Part shown: positions 60,948-64,000 of the stretch, one piece after another
Layout of the letters: each line of letters opens with the position of its first letter
Position numbering within the stretch: position 1 is the first letter of the stretch
Assembly (NCBI GenBank): GCA_963737905.1
Contig: CAVTUQ010000019.1
Coordinates: forward strand, 32,001-96,000
Reading direction: 5' to 3'
Source: an uncultured delta proteobacterium
Lineage (GTDB): Bacteria > Desulfobacterota > Binatia > UBA9968
Length of the DNA: 64,000 bases
Translations under genes and position numbers: made by a program
The notes under the pieces: model-generated
What the model was told of the DNA's origin: nothing
The model's input: only the letters and a program-made list of their open reading frames with translations
Databases searched by the model: none

Positions 60948-61979
60948 ATGAACACCTTCCTCTCAGCACCCCAATCCCCCGTCGAGGGGGAAGGAGTTTC
61001 CGGCCAGCGGGCACAGGTAACCAACATCTTCTTATCAGTATTCGCAATAATCGTTCTCTTTTCCATATCTGCCCATAGCGCCGAATCGGCAAAAGAGAAA
61101 ATCAGCGTGGCCTATGCTTCCATCAGCCCCAGCATGTCCGGGATCTGGATGGCTAAAGAGATCGGCGCCTTTGAGCGGCATGGTCTGAACGTTGATCTCG
61201 TCTACATTAGCTCAGGCGCCACGGCAATCCAGGGCTTGGTGGGCGGTAGTGTTCAGGCGGCGCTGGGCGCAAGTAACGCGGTGGTGGCCGCGATTCTCAA
61301 GGGCGCCCCGATCATCGCCGTCAGCAGCAATACGAGCCGCCCAGGCATGGCTCTATGGGTCCAACCCGAGATCCTGCGCGCTGAGCAACTTCAGGGGAAG
61401 ATACTGGCGATCACGCGCTTCGGCTCCACCAGTGATTTCGTCACGCGACTGGTGCTCAAGAAACTTGGCCTCGACGGCAAAGTAGACATCAGACAGTTCG
61501 GTGGAGTGGTCGAAGCGGATTTGGGTTTTCGCTCTCGACAGGCAGAGGGACGCGTTGCATCACAGGCACCCGGGCCCCAGGCAAAATTGTTGGTTGATGC
61601 CGCTGAGCTCGGCATTCCCTTCTCCATGAACCTGTTGGCCGTTAGCAACGACTACTATCGAAAATCGCCGAAATCAGTCGAAGGTATTGTCGCGGCCTAT
61701 ATCGAGGGCATCGCGGCGCTCAAAACCAAAAAGCCACAGGCGCTGAAAATGCTCGAAAGGTACATGGGCCCGCGGGGTGGCGGTCCGGAGCTGCACTATG
61801 AGTTCGTCACCAAATACCTCGACAACGTTCCGCGTGTCGACCCGGCGGCGATCGATACGGTGTTAGAGATGGTTGGCCAGTCGGGACCGGACAAAACGAA
61901 GCTTTTTGATAACAGCATCGTAGATCGGTTAGTGCAGCAGGGTTTGATCGACAAGCTCTACAAAGGAGGCAAGTTGTGA
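60948..61979 (+). CDS. SsuA/NMT1-like ABC substrate-binding protein
   Basis: Signal peptide, WMAKEIGAFERHGL, ELGIPFSM; GTGA overlap with the next gene. Confidence 0.88.
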   Translation: MNTFLSAPQSPVEGEGVSGQRAQVTNIFLSVFAIIVLFSISAHSAESAKEKISVAYASISPSMSGIWMAKEIGAFERHGLNVDLVYISSGATAIQGLVGGSVQAALGASNAVVAAILKGAPIIAVSSNTSRPGMALWVQPEILRAEQLQGKILAITRFGSTSDFVTRLVLKKLGLDGKVDIRQFGGVVEADLGFRSRQAEGRVASQAPGPQAKLLVDAAELGIPFSMNLLAVSNDYYRKSPKSVEGIVAAYIEGIAALKTKKPQALKMLERYMGPRGGGPELHYEFVTKYLDNVPRVDPAAIDTVLEMVGQSGPDKTKLFDNSIVDRLVQQGLIDKLYKGGKL

Positions 61980-62686
61980 ACGAGGTTGAGTGGCGCGAGC
62001 GATTAGGCGGGATGGTGCGCGACTATATCTGCTCGCCGGAACTGGAGCACTATTTCTCGATCAAGATGACCAAGCCGCGGGCCGCGGTCATGGTGACGCA
62101 ACAGAGCTTGTATGTACGCCATCGGCGCGAATGTTGGGCGCATGTCTCCGCTAACTGCCCGGTCCTGGCTGTGAAGCAAAGAATCTTAGAACACGAATAT
62201 GAAGAAATTATTCGGGACGATTTTTCCGAATACGGCCACCTGCATCTCATCATTCGGCAGGGAAAATCCGTCGATCTTCAACCGGACGAGATCCTCAATG
62301 CCCAGCCGTTGCCCGAGACGCGGACAGTCCTTTACGCCTGGTCATGGATGACGAGTGAAATGAGTTGGATCGAAGCGCTGGCCGGCATGACCATCACAGA
62401 ATGGTGCAACGACGATCGCCTGCTAGGCGACTTGGGCGGAGGACAGTCGACGCGCATGGCGAAGAAATGGATGAACGAAATGGGCTTTACTTGGAAGCAG
62501 ATTCCCAATATGGAAGCCCACAGCCAAGCGGACGAGAAACACAGCGACATGTTTCTGCCGTTTCTTAAGGAATACGCCACAGGGGAAAAAGAGGGACGCG
62601 CGATCCAGGCAGCCAAGGATTCCTTGGCATTCAATGCCATGTTTCGCGAGGGAATTGCAAAAGCACAAGAAAAACTGCCAGAGTGA
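61976..62686 (+). CDS. CADD/TenA-like diiron protein, copy 4
   Basis: HRRECW...SANCP, EHEYEE...YGH, TEW, HSQADEKH. Confidence 0.8.
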   Translation: MNEVEWRERLGGMVRDYICSPELEHYFSIKMTKPRAAVMVTQQSLYVRHRRECWAHVSANCPVLAVKQRILEHEYEEIIRDDFSEYGHLHLIIRQGKSVDLQPDEILNAQPLPETRTVLYAWSWMTSEMSWIEALAGMTITEWCNDDRLLGDLGGGQSTRMAKKWMNEMGFTWKQIPNMEAHSQADEKHSDMFLPFLKEYATGEKEGRAIQAAKDSLAFNAMFREGIAKAQEKLPE

Positions 62687-62829
62687 GAGAGCGGAGTGAT
62701 GGGAAAAGATTTCTCGCTCCGCTCGAACTGGCAATTGAGGATCGTGTCATCTCGAACGCAGTGAGAGATCTTTCTTCATTGCGGTTTAGTTAAGCGAGTA
62801 TAGTAGAGAGTGCTCGTAGGAGGATATTT

Positions 62830-63529
62830 ATGAGTCTTTGGCCCAAAGTTAGAGAAGAGCTTAACGCCATCGTCAACCGGCACTTTGACACCCCGGAGTA
62901 TAAGCAATTTTTCTCCGTCAAGCTGACTCCGGCGCGGCAGCAGATTTTGGATCTGCATTATCCCCACTACATCAAGAGCCGGCGCGATTGTTGGGGAGCC
63001 GCCGCGGTGAAAGCTCCGCTCGATGTGAAGCGCGCGATCTGGGAGCACGAGAAAGACGAGCTGATCTACGACCCGCGCATGGGATCGGCGCATCTGACTG
63101 ATGCGCAAATGGCCGAGGCGACTGCTGAATTGAATCTGTTGCCGGGTGCGCGGGCTGGCGATCTACGCCTGGATGTATCTGGCGACGACACGGCCGTGGA
63201 TCGAAAGTTTGATGGTGAACCACATCACGGAACGTAAGAACAACCCGGCCATCGTCAAAGGGGGAGGTTTTACCCAACGGTTCGCGCATAAAAAGGTCGC
63301 CGATTTGGGCGGAACGATCGAGACCCTCGACATCAACACAAAAGTGCACATGGTAGCGGATGAAGATCATTCGGACATGTTCGAGCCGATTTTTGATCGC
63401 CACGTGGTGGATGAGAGAGCAGCCCAGGCCGTGATTCGCGCCGCTCAAGACAGCCTGGCCGTCGATCGCGCTTATCGGAGCGCGCTGGCGACGGCGATGG
63501 TGCGAATCGCCGAGTCACAGGCGGCGTGA
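62830..63529 (+). CDS. CADD/TenA-like diiron protein, divergent copy 5, frameshift near 63150
   Basis: SRRDCW, EHEKDE...SAH in ORF 62830-63237. YAW...TER...HMVADEDHSDMF in ORF 63146-63529. AGGAGG RBS. Confidence 0.75.
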
Positions 63530-63880
63530 CCTCAGAAGGGTTTCGCGTTTCGGGTTTCAGGTCTCGAGTTCAAATCCAAACACGGGATTGACTCGTTCAG
63601 GTTCATCTTCGTCAGCGGCTCCGACCCACGCAAAGGCGGCAGTAAATCGGCTTCTGATCCCGTATCATCACAGATCGTTTTCAGATTTCGGCTTTTAGGG
63701 TCAACTCGAAACCAGGAACCAGAAACTCGAAACTGCGAAGTGGCGGTGCATCAAATTTGCTGCGGGGTATATCAAATTGACTACACCTCACGCCGTTTCT
63801 GATTAGTTGAGCCCCGGCCCGATCATCTCAATTCGCCAGTCATTACAAGCATTTCTTTGAAGCCCTGTCGCTCCCAACCT

Positions 63881-63895
63881 TGGCATATGACTTGC
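63881..63895 (+). promoter_or_regulatory. Putative sigma54 (-24/-12) promoter for a gene beyond the window
   Basis: TGGCAT-ATGAC-TTGC has the correct GG-N10-GC spacing. Two ATCAAATT-containing candidate activator sites lie at 63747-63786. Confidence 0.55.
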
Positions 63896-64000
63896 CATAT
63901 CCCTGTCCTGACGATTTGAACTATTTGAACGGCTTGAACTATTCGAACGGCACGGCATCCTGATTACGCTTGACAGTCGATGGGTGTGGTGGAATAAGCA

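Noticed and set aside
57055-63529. Interpreting the HDO cluster as pqq, thiamine salvage (tenA) or RiPP biosynthesis
   Set aside because: No pqqA/B/D/E, thi genes or short precursor peptide are evident, and the full diiron ligand set argues against plain TenA.

Overview
A gene-dense bacterial window, almost entirely on the + strand, with no rRNA, tRNA or CRISPR array that I can support. It is dominated by a catabolic and transport landscape: about 17 solute-binding-protein (SBP) genes against one permease/ATPase pair, three Rieske oxygenase alpha subunits, two bicupins, a UbiD decarboxylase, a 4,5-dihydroxyphthalate-decarboxylase-like gene, a LigB-like dioxygenase, an LLM monooxygenase, a xanthine-dehydrogenase Mo subunit and a ComDE-like TPP decarboxylase. 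This gene content and the intergenic repeat style resemble Candidatus Binatia/Binatota MAGs (inference only). Accessory cargo includes a frameshifted NACHT/STAND protein with a C-terminal nuclease (1-3509), a HEPN-like gene plus a nuclease-P-loop ATPase gene as a candidate defence pair (13461-16892), three intact TA modules and two decayed ones. The most striking feature is a cluster of five paralogous CADD/heme-oxygenase-like diiron proteins (57055-63529) interleaved with two SBPs and a VOC protein. Several small palindromic elements (a 24-bp element, a 120-bp MITE, CGTCA REP doublets) are nested in each other, and some are inserted in-frame in coding regions. Many single-base frameshifts may be long-read consensus errors. 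All family calls come from motif recognition by eye; no database search was run.
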